Positions 1 to 12,683 of a DNA stretch of 64,000 bases are shown here, piece by piece; within the stretch, counting starts at the first letter, position 1; each line of letters opens with the position of its first letter. Location of the stretch: assembly GCF_036365525.1 (NCBI RefSeq), contig NC_090377.1, positions 90,325,126-90,389,125 on the forward strand, written 5' to 3'. The notes below the pieces were generated by a model. It was not told where the DNA came from, ran no database searches, and saw nothing but the letters and a program-made list of their open reading frames with translations. Position numbers and translations under genes: made by a program. Source of the stretch: Heterodontus francisci. Taxonomy: Eukaryota.

Positions 1-262
1 GCTGTCTTACAATTCCCCCTCAAGTGTCTATGTGAAATTATTTTTTCACTAGGACACTTCCAGCCCTCTGCCACAATTTTAACAGTATTTTTGCTTTCCT
101 TTTTGATTTCATTGTACCAGGTCAGTCAGTTAAAATACTACAATAACCAATGGATGACGACTATTCTTAACATATACTGGTGTAATTGTTCTTCTAACTC
201 ATCTTCTCCAGCGATATCGACTTGCTTATGTAAATTAGCAGTATTCTAACTGATCCTAACAG

Positions 263-603
263 GATGACACAGTGGTGAAGTGGTTAGCAAAGCAGCCTTA
301 CAGCTCCAGTGACCCGGGTTCGGTTCTGGGTACTGCCTGTGTGGAGTTTGCATGTTTTCCCTGTGACCGCGCGGATTTCCGCTGGGTGCTCTGGTTTCCT
401 CCCACAGCCAAAGACTTGCCGGTTGATAGGTAAATTGGCCATTGTAAATTGCCCCTAGTGTAAGTAGGTGGTAGGAGAATTGAGGGAAGGTGGGGATGTG
501 GTCGGGAATATGGGATTAATTAGGATTAGTATAAATGGATGGTTGATGGTTGGCACAGACTTGGTGGGCTGAAGGACCTGTTTCAGTGCTGTATTTCTCT
601 ATG
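263..603 (+). mobile_element. tRNA-derived SINE (HE1/V-SINE-like)
   Basis: A box (AGTGGTTAGC), B-box-like GGGTTCGGTTC, V-domain-like core and CR1-type tail; homologous to the copies at 2556 and 42200. Confidence 0.85.
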
Positions 604-724
604 ACTTATTAATTTCCTAATTAAGCACTTATCATAATCAGTAGCTGGTGAATATACTGGAGGACCCCCTCCCCCCCACGCATACACACACTCTAAATAC
701 TCCAACAAGGGCCACTAATTCTAA

Positions 725-1499
725 GGCCAAGATTTTTCTTGGTGGTGAGCTTCAAAAGAGGCGTGGCACACATGCAGACGTGCACCGTGGAGCCGACGCG
801 ATATGTCGCGTGGCGACTCATTTACATTGAGAGGGTGGACCACCTGCCCCCGATGACATAGAGGGGGAAGGCAATCCATCCGCAGCGATGGTGTCCGGTG
901 CCACTGCGCAGGCAATGCCATTTTTAAAGGGCTTCAGGCCCTTCCATTTCATTTTACTGTTTAAAGTCGCAGATTGATAAAAAAAGATTAAAATAAAAAG
1001 TTGGTCACACTTCCAGTCCCCTCTCCCACCCCCCAATGAATAATCAGTTTACTACTTGTTCTGTCCCACCCAAAAAAGTAAATTTTCGATCACGACCTTT
1101 CCCCCCGAACTTTCTTTAACCTTCAACCCCTTCCCCTCCCCCGCCCTGAAAAATTAATTCGTCCCCCTTCCCCACCAGTGTTCCGCATCGGATCTCCGAA
1201 TGGAGAATTGAAGCCGCGGGACTTCCGGCAACCGGCCAGAATATTGGCGTGCAGCGGCCATCGCGACGAGGTAAGTAATTATTCATTTACTAGCATTGAT
1301 TTAAATATGTATATTATTTTTTTTGCCAAGCAGCGGTGGGGCCTCCTTGAGGCCTCACCACTGTTGGTAAAATTGGGTGGGGACTTCCTGGTGCCAAGGC
1401 TCGTGGCAGGCCTCCCCCGGAGGTATTTTCCACCCCCCCCCCCTTCCCCGCCACAACCCCCAACATCGGGGGGGGGGGGGGTCTGGTAAAATTCAGCCC
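725..1499. mobile_element. Non-autonomous PIF/Harbinger-type MITE
   Basis: Imperfect TIRs GGCCAAGATTTT...AAAATTCAGCCC, TAA TSD on both sides, CpG-rich; inverted homolog at 50291-51136. Confidence 0.75.
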
Positions 1500-2555
1500 T
1501 AAGATATTACCATGTAAATGCATAAGTTTCAAGCAACAGCTAAATCTTGATTTAAAGGATTCTCCATCTCTCTCTTCACCTCTATCTATATTGTGGATAA
1601 ATCGTACTAAGTATTATTTCTCCCTCGCCTTTTACTTTAACTTTAGTCCTTCTGACCATTACCAGTGTGTTTAATTCTATCCTGATCTTTTTAAAGTAAG
1701 TTTCTCAATGGAGTATGTGTCAATGCCTTGGTGATTTTTTAAAAAGTTGTCTCAGTCTACTGGCCACATTAACCATTTCATGTCATGCTGTTTGTCAAGT
1801 AACTGAACATGTCTGAGACTTGTTCTTTGGTGCAGGTTCACCATGCAATTCCGCACATTAGTTGCTTCACATGAAGCAAATCACATCTACACACTCACAC
1901 AGGTATTCCAATACAATGCCACACATGCCATCTGATACAAGCCATTTTTGGGCTTTCAGGTGATCTCCTTAAAAGATCAAGGAGGGTGTCTGTCTAAAGA
2001 TCTTTGCTTGTCTCCCCCTGCATGGCCCCGATGTCTCAGGTAGTGGCCGAACTATCATCAAATGCAGTTATCTTAAAAAGTTCATAGGCATAGATACAAA
2101 CATCTCCAAGAGAAAGCTATCAATTTATTTATCTCATCTACACCTTCCTCTCACTAGAATGTACATTAATACCAGATTTATATACCCATTGAATTGCACT
2201 CTGGTGATATTTCCAATTCCCATTTGTTGGTGTTTTTTTCCCCTTTATCTCCTATCCTTGATCACTTCTTCTCATTCAATTTTACACATCCCATTAGTTT
2301 ACCATTCTATTTCATTCATGAGCGCTGGAGGAACTTTACTGCCCAATACAATATTCTCATAATATCCTTAAAACAGAAGTCAGACTTTCCCACTTGATTC
2401 CAGGAATTGATGCATTTTGTTTGCCTGCTCTTTATTTAGATAACCTTTTATTTTTCAAAAATAGCGGTGTTGTTGGGCTGACAGGGTTTGTCGATGTTCA
2501 ATTCATTTCTCCCCAAAATAAGCTTTATTTTGATACTCAGGAACTAAATACTTCA

Positions 2556-2850
2556 GGCGGCACAGTGGCGCAGTGGTTAGCACTGCAGCCTCACAGCTCC
2601 AGGGACCTGGGTTTGATTCTGGGTACTGCGGAGTTTGCGAGTTCTCCCTGTGTCTGTGTGGGTTTTCGCCGGGTGCTCCGGTTTCCTCCCACAGCCAAAG
2701 ACTTACAGGTGATAGGTAAATTGGCCATTATAAATTGCCCCTAGTGTAGGTGAAATTATTGTAGGGTTAGTATAAATGGGTGGTTGTTGATCGGCACAGA
2801 CTCGGTGGGCCGAAGGGCCTGTTTCAGTGCTGTATCTCTAAATAAATAAA
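2556..2850 (+). mobile_element. tRNA-derived SINE (HE1/V-SINE-like)
   Basis: GGCACAGTGGCGCAGTGGTTAGC head and (TAAA)n tail. Confidence 0.87.
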
Positions 2851-3654
2851 CTGCTTTTCCTTAGTTTTTTAAATGAAAATTTGATTATCCACTAAACTTC
2901 ATGTAAATTTCCCTTTGAGTTTTTTTTTATTCATTCATGGGATGTCGGCATCGCTGGCTATGCCAGCATTAATTGCCCATCCCTAATTGCCCTTGAAGTG
3001 CTTGAAATAGCAACTCATAGCAATTTATTTTATCAATTCCAATCTCAAAAACAATGATGCCCAGTTTGGCAGTTTTACATGATATTTTTACGTCAGAGAA
3101 AACAATGCTTGTAATCATTTTAAACATGGCTCCCATATCTCTCCTTCTGGAGCACTTTGCCTCAGAAGATAACGAATGACCTGAAGGGGTTAAGGTCAAG
3201 TCTTTAAAAGGCAAAGCCTTCAGTTCAAATTGTCACCATGGTGTGACACTTGATGTCTGCAAATAACTTCTTAAATTCTGAAAACAGCTATATCTCATAC
3301 TGCAGTAACCATGTGGGCCTGGAAAACATCGTCACCTGTTTAAAAAAAGAGTAAAGAATCGATTGTGACTCTGCCCAAGAGCCCAAGAGGTTAATTTGTC
3401 CAATCATATTCACCAATTTAGAAACTTAAAATTTAATAATGGCCAATATATAAATTTACACTCAGCTACACCAAAGTTATGCGGTGAATTAAATGAAAAA
3501 ATAACTGTCAGCAGAAAGGGTTAACTTTGCTGCTTGTTTGCAAGGATGTGGAGTAAAACATTAACAGATGCACATAATTGCATCACTTTAAGTAACATTT
3601 TTTTCCCGATCAAGGACGAATAAAACACCATTTTAAACATCTTTCCCACATCTT

Positions 3655-4483
3655 GGTACCTTTAAAAACTTGCACAAGTTTTTTTTTAAACCTTCAACAT
3701 TTTTACACCAAAAGTGTTAGAGGGCAGAGTTTCCCATAGCTTGTGAGCTCTGAAACATTCACACCAGCTTCTTAAAGAGACAACATGATAACCTTTCAGT
3801 TGTTTAACAGTAGAACTGGTGACAGAATCTTTCCCATATCTCCTTCATTTATCTTTTTTCTCCCTTAAACCAGTTGTCAATTTCTAATGTTTGTTACTTA
3901 ACCACTTTGAGAAAACAGTCAGTAAGACTTGTTTTTTATTTGATATCTGCAAAAAAGCAATAACAGTTTTGAAAAATCAATTCTAGTACAATGAAACGAA
4001 AGTGTTTTGAAAAGTTCAAATTCAATTTCTGCCTGATGTTTTAGCAAACATAACTTCAAGGCCAAGGCTTATCTTTTATAAAAACAAACTCTTCAGTGGC
4101 TTGCACAGTTGAAAAACCACATTTTCAACCAGTTACAAATAACAAACATATGATTCCAACATTGAAGGAAAGACTAAAAAGGGTTAACAACTTTTAGCTC
4201 GACAGAGAAGGGTGTACTCTGCTGGCAAACACATATTTTATTTAAAAGACAGATTTTCATTTGCAGGTTAGAAAGTTTCCTCATACTCACACACACTCTC
4301 AGAAACTGAAGACAAAATCCTGTTGCCTTTCTCTTAAAAACAGAACATGTCACAGCAGTTTTTAGCTTTTGTTGTGGGCCTTTTTCATTTTTTTCAGGTG
4401 ATGGTTCAGATTGGGGTCAGTTATGACCAGGCAGAAAATGTGGAAGGTTTAAAACAAAACTTGTGCAAGTTTTTAAAGGTACC
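3655..4483. repeat. ~49-bp inverted repeat pair (3655-3703 / 4435-4483) flanking ~730 bp of AT-rich DNA
   Basis: GGTACCTTTAAAAACTTGCACAAGTTTT(T/G)TTTTAAACCTTC(A/C)ACATTTT and its reverse complement, with 2 mismatches. Confidence 0.85.
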
Positions 4484-4514
4484 CCTTTCTGAATCTCTAT
4501 CTGACTCTTCTTCA

Positions 4515-6300
4515 GTGGGATGAGTGACCACATAAGTCACGGCAGCTAGCTCCATCTGCTAGGTACTCAGTAGTGGGAAAGGATATTGCTAATTCAACCT
4601 CCCTCTGCGGATCGTAAATCCCATAGCCTGTTTTCTTTTCTCCTTCTTCCACAAAACTAAAGCCATTTATATAGATATTTATATAAATATCTTGCCCCTC
4701 AGGGTAGATTCCTACCCTGAATTCCACCTCAGTTTCCCAAACGCCCATTCACTGTGCAAGTGTGGGGTTCTCTCAGATTGTTAATATTGGTGCGAGCTTA
4801 GGGTCATCCATTCTGTTTAACTTCATGGTTTTTCCATTTAATGATAAAGTCCGTCTGGTTATTCTGGCACTAGAAACTGTTCCCTCTTTGATTCATCCGT
4901 CTAACGAAAGAGAATTGGAGTGTGGTTGGTAAGTAGTGTGAGAAGCTGGGTGCCAGTGAAGACTGTAAAATGCACGTTTAGTGTAAACTGTAAAATTCCG
5001 TTTTTTGAAAGCTTCTTTGCCTTTGTCAACCCAGTTCCACTTTACCCCTTTCTTTAATAGTCTCAGCAGGGGAGCCACGGTTGTGGCATGCCCTCGATAA
5101 ATTCCCGATAGTATCCAGTCAGTCCTAAGAGGCTGTCAGTGAATCTGGGCAGGGTAATTCCTGTAATGTACACTCCAGGTTGAATAGTCAGTCCCAAGAA
5201 CTGGACCTGCTTCTGTCCTATCAATGGCTTTTTAGGATAACCTTAAAACTAGCTGCCTGGAGCAACTCCAGTAGCTCTACTAACAGTTCTCTATATTCCT
5301 CATCACTCTCAGAAGACAACAACGTGTCCTCTACATAGTGTATCAGTTGATCTTGGTGACTGAACTCCCACAGACATGTTGCCATACTCCGCTAAAAAAT
5401 TGAGGGGCTGTTATGGAACCCTGGGGAAGACACATCCAGGTATATTGTTGTCCCCCAGGTGTAGGGGAATTGACCAAACGCCATTTGAGATGTCTAAGGC
5501 AGTGAATACGGTAGCAGATTTTGGAATATCATTAATCAAGTCCATCCCTGCTGTTGGGGCACAAGCTGAAATGTTCCTATTGAGTACCCGAAAATTAATG
5601 ATCATTCGCCCAGAACTGTCAAGTTTCTTAACTGGCCAAATAGAGGAATTTACATGGGTTGCTAAGGGCCTCAATACTCCCTGTTCCACTAGGGAGGCTA
5701 CAGCCTTTTCCAGGATTTTCTCTGCTTCCTTAGGGAAAGTGTATTGTTTGGTGTCTCCCTCTAGCCTGACTTCTACACCAGTCACTTGTCCACAATCATA
5801 TTTGTGAATGGCAAAATCTTCCCTATTTTCTTCTACTACAGTCCTGGTTGTGGTGTCCTGGTTGTCAGAGTTTTTAAATTATAGGGCCCTATAATGCCTT
5901 GCCATGGTGTAGAAGAATAACTATCACCTTGTCCACTTTATCTATTTTGCCCCACAACAATTATTATGCATGCCTACCACGATGTTGTGAGCCAACATCC
6001 AATCTGACCCTAAAACTCCCATTCCAGGATGGTCTCATCTCACTAAAACACATGTTCACTTTGTTTGGAGGGGGTCCCACCATAAAACTTAAGTGTATGG
6101 ATAGCCCCAGCCACTGTATCACCTGTAAATCTTCTCAATACAAAGGATTCTCCCATAGACCATGGAGAATTCATAGGAGAGGGCGGATCTGCTACCCTGC
6201 TTGACACTCCAGTGTTTACTAAATAATTACAATCCTTTCCCTCCACTATAATATCTACAAATGCTCTATCATAATCATTGTAACTGAGTGAACACAGGTA
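4515..6300 (-). pseudogene. Frameshifted retroviral-type pro-pol (protease, RT, connection, RNase H truncated; no integrase seen)
   Basis: ORFs 6043..6246, 5411..5785, 4893..5078 and 4512..4748 carry PR, RT, connection and RNase H motifs in that order. Confidence 0.85.
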
Positions 6301-7419
6301 CTTGGGCGGGGTGTGGCCCCTTCATGCTGAATTTCCTGGGACACCCTTTTCCTGGGCGACATGGACCTGACCCTGTGGAGTGATTCCATGGAGACACCAT
6401 TTCATAAATCTTTGGAAGTCCTGGAAACTAGGGACGCTTGGCTTGGGTGTCTCTTGAGTCTGAGTCCCCTGACCTGGGCCCTTCTTTGGTTTTCTACACT
6501 TTTGGGCAAAGTGTCCACTTTCCCACAATTGAAGTAGGTAGGGATGATCTGCTTTTCCCCATGGGCCACCTCCATGGGCCCCATCATCAGTGGCTGGAGT
6601 ATACCTCCTCTGTACAAGGGGAGCTATAGGTTTTGGTGGATCAGGGGCTTCTGGCAGGAGTCACCAGTTGCCAGACTGGGTTCTAACTCAATATCCTGCT
6701 CCTCATACTTAGTAGCACTCACCTCTCCAAATAACCCTGGGGACACGGTACATACTATACCAAGATTGACCTGCACTTGGCTCTCTAACTCTCCAATCTG
6801 TATCTTACATTCAGCATGGTCCAAGTGCTCCCCTTCATGTAGCTGCTTGTTTCTGTACCAACATGATGGCAGCTTTTAAATCCTCATTTTCTCTCTTAGT
6901 AGTTTCTACCTCTTGTGTCTGACTGTATGCTTCCTCCCTTCAGACTTCTTTGTGCTTGTCTTTACATTGGCTCGCTAGGTACTGTTCTCTATTACAACAA
7001 CTTTCCCGTTCTCTGTCATATTTTTCTTTCTTCTTGTAATTCTTGTAGTAATCTATTAACCACTGCTTCCCTATCACTTGCATTAGTTTTTAACTGCTTG
7101 TTCTCTTTTCTTAGCTTAAACTTCTCAGCTTCATCGTTTTTGAACTGGCATTGATATGCCATGAGACATATGGTTTTCATCGCTACAGAACAACAGGTCA
7201 ATCCTGTATCCAGTTGTCTGCTTCACAGACTGGTCTCTCAGTATTAATGATATTTTGGACCCACCCATTCTTCAGCAGGGGTAATTTCCCTGAAGCGTAT
7301 GTACTAACCAATTAATTCATAGATTTTCCCTTAAAAAGACTTGATTGCACTATTATTCTTTACTCATGTCCCTTCACATCTTTGCCAATTAATCTGAAGA
7401 ACATTTTAGAGAGTGATGG

Positions 7420-8897
7420 AATCATAGAGTAATACTAGCACAGAAGGAGGCTGTTCAGCCCATTGAGTCCATGCTGGCTTTCTGTAGAGCAATGCAATCA
7501 GTCCCATTCCCCAGCTCTATCCCCATAGTCCTGTAAATTTGTTTTTCTCAAATACCTATCCAGTTTTCTTTTGAAATCATTCATCGTAGGCAGCAAGTTC
7601 CAGGTCATTACCACTCGCTGCATAAAAAAGCTCTTCCTCACATCCACCCCCACATCGTTTGCCCAAAACCTTAAATCTGTGTCCCATAGTCCTTGTACCA
7701 TCAGCTTTTCTTTGGCTACTCTATCTAAACTTGTCAGAATCTTGTACACCTCCATCAAATCTCCCCTTAATTTTGTTTACTCCAAGCAGAACAATCCCAA
7801 GTTCTCCAACCTAACCTTGTAGCTAAAATCCTTCATTCCTGGAACCATTTTGGTAAATCTCCTCTGCACCCTCTCAAGGACCCTCTCATACTTCCTGAAG
7901 TGTGGTGCCTAGAACTGGATACAATACTCTAGTTGTGGCCTAACAAGAATTTTATAAAGGTTCAGCATAACCTCCCTGCTTTTATACTCAATATCTCTAT
8001 TTGTGAAGCCCAGGATGCCATATTCTTTGCTAATTACTCTCTCCATATATCCTGCCACCTTTAAAGACCTATGCAAATGTAGCCCCAGGTCCCTCTGTCC
8101 CTATACATTCTTTAGAAGGTACCATTTAGTCTATATTGCCTCTCTCTATCCCTTTTGCCAAAATGCATCACCACACATTTCCCTGTATTAAATTCCATCT
8201 GCTGCTTGTCTGCCCATTCTGCTAGCCTATCTATGTCCTGTTGCAATTGATTGGTATCATCCTCACTGTTAGTCACATCTCCAAGTTGGTATCATCAGCA
8301 AATTTTGAAATTTTACGCTGTTTTCCAATATCCAAGTTATTTACATATATCAAAAAAGCAGTGGTCCCAGCACTGAACCTTGTCTACCATCCTCCAGTCT
8401 AAAAAACAATCATTTACCACAACTCACTGTTTTCTGTCCTTCAGCCATTTTTAAAATCAAGTCTGACGCTGACCCTCCTATTCCATGGGCTTCAATTTTG
8501 GTAACCAGCCTTTTATGTGGTACTTTGTCAAAGGCTTTCTTAAAATCCATATAGACAACATCCATTGCTTTCCTATCATCAACCTTCTTTGTTACATCAT
8601 CAAAAATCAATGAGATTAGTTAAGCACAATCTGCCTTTTACAAATATCTCCCTAATTAACACAAACCTCTCCAAGTGCCTGTTGATTTTTTTCCCATATT
8701 ATTGTTTATAATACCTCATCCACCACAGATGTTAAACTGACCGGCCTGTAGTTACTAGGAATGTCCTTATACCTTTCTTGAATAATGGTGTCACATTTGC
8801 CACTCTTCAATCCTTGTATCTAGGAAAGATTGGAAGGTAATGGCAAGCCCTTCTGCTATTTCCACTTCCACTTCCTTTAGCAACCTGGAATGCCAGC
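7420..8897 (-). mobile_element. CR1 LINE, decayed ORF2/RT 3' portion
   Basis: DVVYMDFKKAFDKVPHKRL (8410..8610) and CR1 C-terminal FFMQRVV motif. Confidence 0.9.
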
Positions 8898-9394
8898 CTG
8901 ACTTATTCTGATTCAGACAGGAGAATTTTAGGAAATAATGGAGTGCATTCAAACTTCTATATTTATTATTAAACTTTATTAGGTTCACTCAAAATGTATC
9001 AAAACATGCAATGTGAACCTATACTCTACGACATATTACTTAGCATTAACAATAAATTGATCAAAATGTGAAGCAAGGAAAATAACTATAATCACCTGGA
9101 GTGGTCAATCTTCTGGTGGATTTTACCTGCACGTGTATTGATGAGGGTGATTCAGGGCAGAAGTGTGTGCGTGCATATTGGATGCCATTTTGATCCCTGA
9201 GCGGCACAGTAGGACCAAAACAATGGATGCTACCGGGCCCAAAATCATGCCTGGAATATTTTAACTAAGCCAGTAGCTTCTATGGAGTGCTAATTGGTAA
9301 TTATCTATAAACAAAATAAAGTTTCTGTGGCTTGAAATGCAGGCTGTTAAAGCTGTAAATTAGATATGCCCTGGCAGAGTACATTAATGCATAG

Positions 9395-9811
9395 TAATAT
9401 AATAAAAGCAAAATATTGCAGATGCTGGAAATCTGAAATAAAAACAAGAAATGCTGGAAATACTCAGCAGTCTGGCAGCATCAGTGGAGAGGGAAGCAGA
9501 GTTAATGTTTCAGGTCAGTGACCCTTCATCAGAACTGTAATAGGTTTTAAGCAAATAAAGCAGGGGTGGGGCAAGAGATAACAAAAGGCAAGGTGTAAAA
9601 GAGACAAATGAAAATCCTGTCGGAGAGAAGAGCAGAACTTCTTCAAGGTAGGCATTCCTGGAAAAGAAGTGGTCGTGAATTAAACACTGAAATAAAAGCA
9701 AAATACTGCTGATGCTGGAATTCTGAAATAAAAACAAGAAATGCTGGAAATACTCAGCAGGTCTGGCAGCATCTGTGGAGAGAGAAGCAGAGTTAACGTT
9801 TCAGATTATTT
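9395..9811 (-). mobile_element. Penelope-like terminal fragment (tandem pseudo-LTRs)
   Basis: 15-bp TSD TACATTAATGCATAG (9380-9394 / 9812-9826); homologous to the end of the Penelope element at ~62900-63061. Confidence 0.8.
9497..9537 (-). ncRNA. Minimal hammerhead ribozyme motif
   Basis: cagtt-CTGATGA-agggtca/ctgacct-GAAAC-att-aact on the minus strand. Confidence 0.7.
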
Positions 9812-11003
9812 TACATTAATGCATAGCTTTGAAGAACCTGAGGAAGATATTCACAGTTCAAATTTAATGCAGAGAAGTGCGGTGTTACATTTTAGTAGGA
9901 AGAATGAGGAGAGACAATATAAACTAAATCACACAATTCAAAAGGGGTTGCAGGATCAGAGAGACCTGGGGTATAGGTGACAGGGCAGGTTGAAAGTAGT
10001 TAAAAAGGCATATGGGACCCCGGACTTTATAAATAGAGGCATAGAGTACAAAAACAAGCAAGTTATGAACCAACTCGGGAACAGGCTATTTTTGATTTAG
10101 TATTGTGCAATGAAAAAGGGCTAATTAATAACCTTGTTGTAAAAGAGCCTTTAGGAAAGGGTGACAAATTATGATAGAATTTTACATTACATTCGAAAGT
10201 GATGTAGTTCAATCAGAAACTAGGGTTTTAAATCTAAGCAAAGGAAACTATGAAGGTTTGAGGGGAAAATTGGCTATGGTAGAGTGGGAAATTAAGTTAA
10301 AAGGTTTGATGGTAGACAGGTAATGACTAACATTTAAAGAACTAACACATAGTTTACAGCAGAAATGCATTCCTTCAATGCACAAAAAACCAGCAAGGCA
10401 AGTGTTCCAACTGTGGTTAATCAAAGAAATCAAAGAGGTGGAAGTGTGAGTTGTAAGGAGGATGTAAAGACACTTCATGGGGTTTTGGAGAGGCTATGTT
10501 AGTGAGCAAATTTTGGCAGATGGAATACAATGTGGCGAAATGTGAGGTTATCCACTTTGGAAGGAAAAACAGAAGTACAAAGTATTTCTTAAATGGTGAG
10601 AGGCTGGGAAATGTTAAACTTCAAAGGGACTTGGGTGTCCTTGTTCATGAGTCACTGAAAGCTAACATGCAGGCAATTAAGAAGGCAAATTGTATGTTGG
10701 CCTTTATTACAAGAGGATTTGAGTCTAGGAGTATAGATGTCTTACTGCAATTATATAAAGTCTTGGTGAGACCGCACCTGGAGCATTGTTTGCAGTTTCA
10801 GTCTCCTTACCTAAGGAAAGGTATACTTGCCATAGAGGGAGTACAACAAAGGTTCACCAAACTAATTCCTGGGATGGAGGGATTGTGCTATGAATAAAGG
10901 TAAAATAGACTGGGCCTTTATTCTCTGGCGTTTCGAAGAATAAGAGGTGGTATCAGTCAACATACAAAATTCTTACAAAGCTCAACCGGATAAATGCATG
11001 AAG

Positions 11004-11428
11004 CAAAAACAAGAAATGCTGGATTCACTCAGCAGGTCTGGCAGCATCTGTGGAAAGAGAAGCAGAGTTAACGTTTCGGGTCAGTGACCCTTCTTCGGAA
11101 CTGACAAATATTAGAAAAGTCACAGATTATAAACAAGTGAGGTGGGGGTTGGGCAAGAGATAACAAAGGAGAAGGTGCAGATTGGACCAGGCCACATAGC
11201 TGACCAAAAGGTCACGGAGCAAAGGCAAACAATATGTTAATGGTGTTTTGAAAGACAAAGCATTAGTACAGATTAGGTGTGAATATACTGAATATAGAAC
11301 ATCAGCAAGTGCAAACCTGAAGAAAAACAACCTGAAAAAAACAGTGGGTAAGCAAACTGAACAAACTAAGATGAAATGAAATAAATGCAAAAAATGTAAA
11401 AAGGAATGCAAAAAAAAAGGAAGAAAAA
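11004..11428 (-). mobile_element. Penelope-like terminal fragment with hammerhead motif (11063-11103)
   Basis: 12-bp TSD AAATGCATGAAG; reverse complement closely matches 62650-63060. Confidence 0.85.
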
Positions 11429-11833
11429 AAATGCATGAAGGATGTTTCCCTTGGCTGGGGAATCTAGAACCAAGGGATACAGTCTCAGAATAAGGGGCAG
11501 ACTATTTAGGACTGAGATGAGGAAGAATTTCTTCACTCAGAAGGTGGTGAATTTTTTGAATTCTCTGCTCCAGAGAGCTGTGGAGGCTCAGTCGTTCAGT
11601 ATGTTCAAGACTGAGATTGATAGATTTCTACATATTTAAAACATTAAGGGAAATGGGGATAGTGCAGGAAAATGGTGGTGAAGTAGAAGATCAGCCAAGA
11701 TTTCATTGAATAGGGCAGCGGGCTCAAAGACCTACTCCTGCTCCTATTTCTTATGTTTTTATGTTCTTATGACTAACTTTTATAAAATACTAGTTTAGCC
11801 TCAACTGAAATATCGTGTCCAATTCTGGGCACC

Positions 11834-12683
11834 TGAAGAATTTTTAGTCTACTTCTTCTGGTTCAGTCATGAGAATTATAGGAAGTAGTGGAGTGTACTC
11901 AAACTTCTGGATTCACTACTCAACCTTATTAGATTCACACAAAATATATCAAAACATGCAATAAGTTTCATTCAAAACATAGCAAAACATGCAATTAGGT
12001 TCATTGAAAATATATCAAAACATGTAATACAAGCCTACACTCTACTATGAACTTACTTAGCACTAACAATAAATTGATTGAAATTTGAAGCAAGCAAAAT
12101 ACCTAACGTAACATGGAGTGGTCAGTTTCATGTTGATTGCAGTTCTCTAGTGATTGACACCACAGTTGCAATATTGAAGTTTCTTTAACGGTATCTTTTA
12201 TCCCCTAATTTTAGGGAGGGACAAGATAGTATCCTGACAGCGGCTTTAGTCCAATTAGTGTTTGTTTTAGGCCAATATACCCTATCACATGCTGATCCTT
12301 TTGTTTAAAAAAGCCTGCCCTGGTAGTGTCAATCTTCTTTAAACTTCCTTCAGTCAGTTTCCATCAGTTGGGGGTGCTTGGGGGCAGTTCCTCAACATCT
12401 GGTAGTTTTCCATATGTGCAACAGTTGGGGGTCATGGGATCGATTACAAGTCCCATCCATCTAGCTATAAGGTATTTGTTTCTTTCTGATAATGCTGTGT
12501 GGTTTCTTGCTCTTTTGTCACAGTTCATCAAATTTGATCTTAAAAGGCCAAAAGAAGAGCAAAAAAATGCTTTCTGCAATGTCCACCGTCCGACTCCAAG
12601 CATAATGGTATTTTTATGGTCAGCGTCAGCATGAGGTTAATTTTTGAAAAGCCAATTTTTAATAAAGACGATGCTGTCTTACA
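11834..12683 (-). mobile_element. Solo LTR of the same family as the provirus at 1-9110
   Basis: TGAAGA...TCTTACA termini; 4-bp TSD CACC splitting the CR1 sequence CTGGGCACC|ACACTTTAGG; homologous to 8900-9110 and to positions 1-11. Confidence 0.85.

Larger units (their letters stand above)
1..9110 (-). mobile_element. Decayed endogenous retrovirus-like provirus (gag-pro-RT-RNase H, possible env); 3' LTR mostly upstream of the window
   Basis: Minus-strand PPT AGGGGGAAT abuts TGTAAGACAGC at 1-20, the same terminus as the solo LTR ending at 12683; LTR-homologous segment at ~8900-9110; gag CCHC remnant (FNCGK..GHFAQKC, ~6490-6540); protease LVNTG (~6210); RT (NSSIWPVKK, TALDISNGVWSIPL, HYVED at 5326-5340); RNase H (IYINGFSF, QMELAAV, 4515-4750). 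Confidence 0.8.

Noticed and set aside
8880-8896. TGGCA.. as the provirus primer-binding site
   Set aside because: It is CR1 coding sequence (GWHSRLLKEV); the real PBS appears to be lost
12326-12634. Opposing short ORFs within the solo LTR
   Set aside because: No recognisable motifs; length expected by chance
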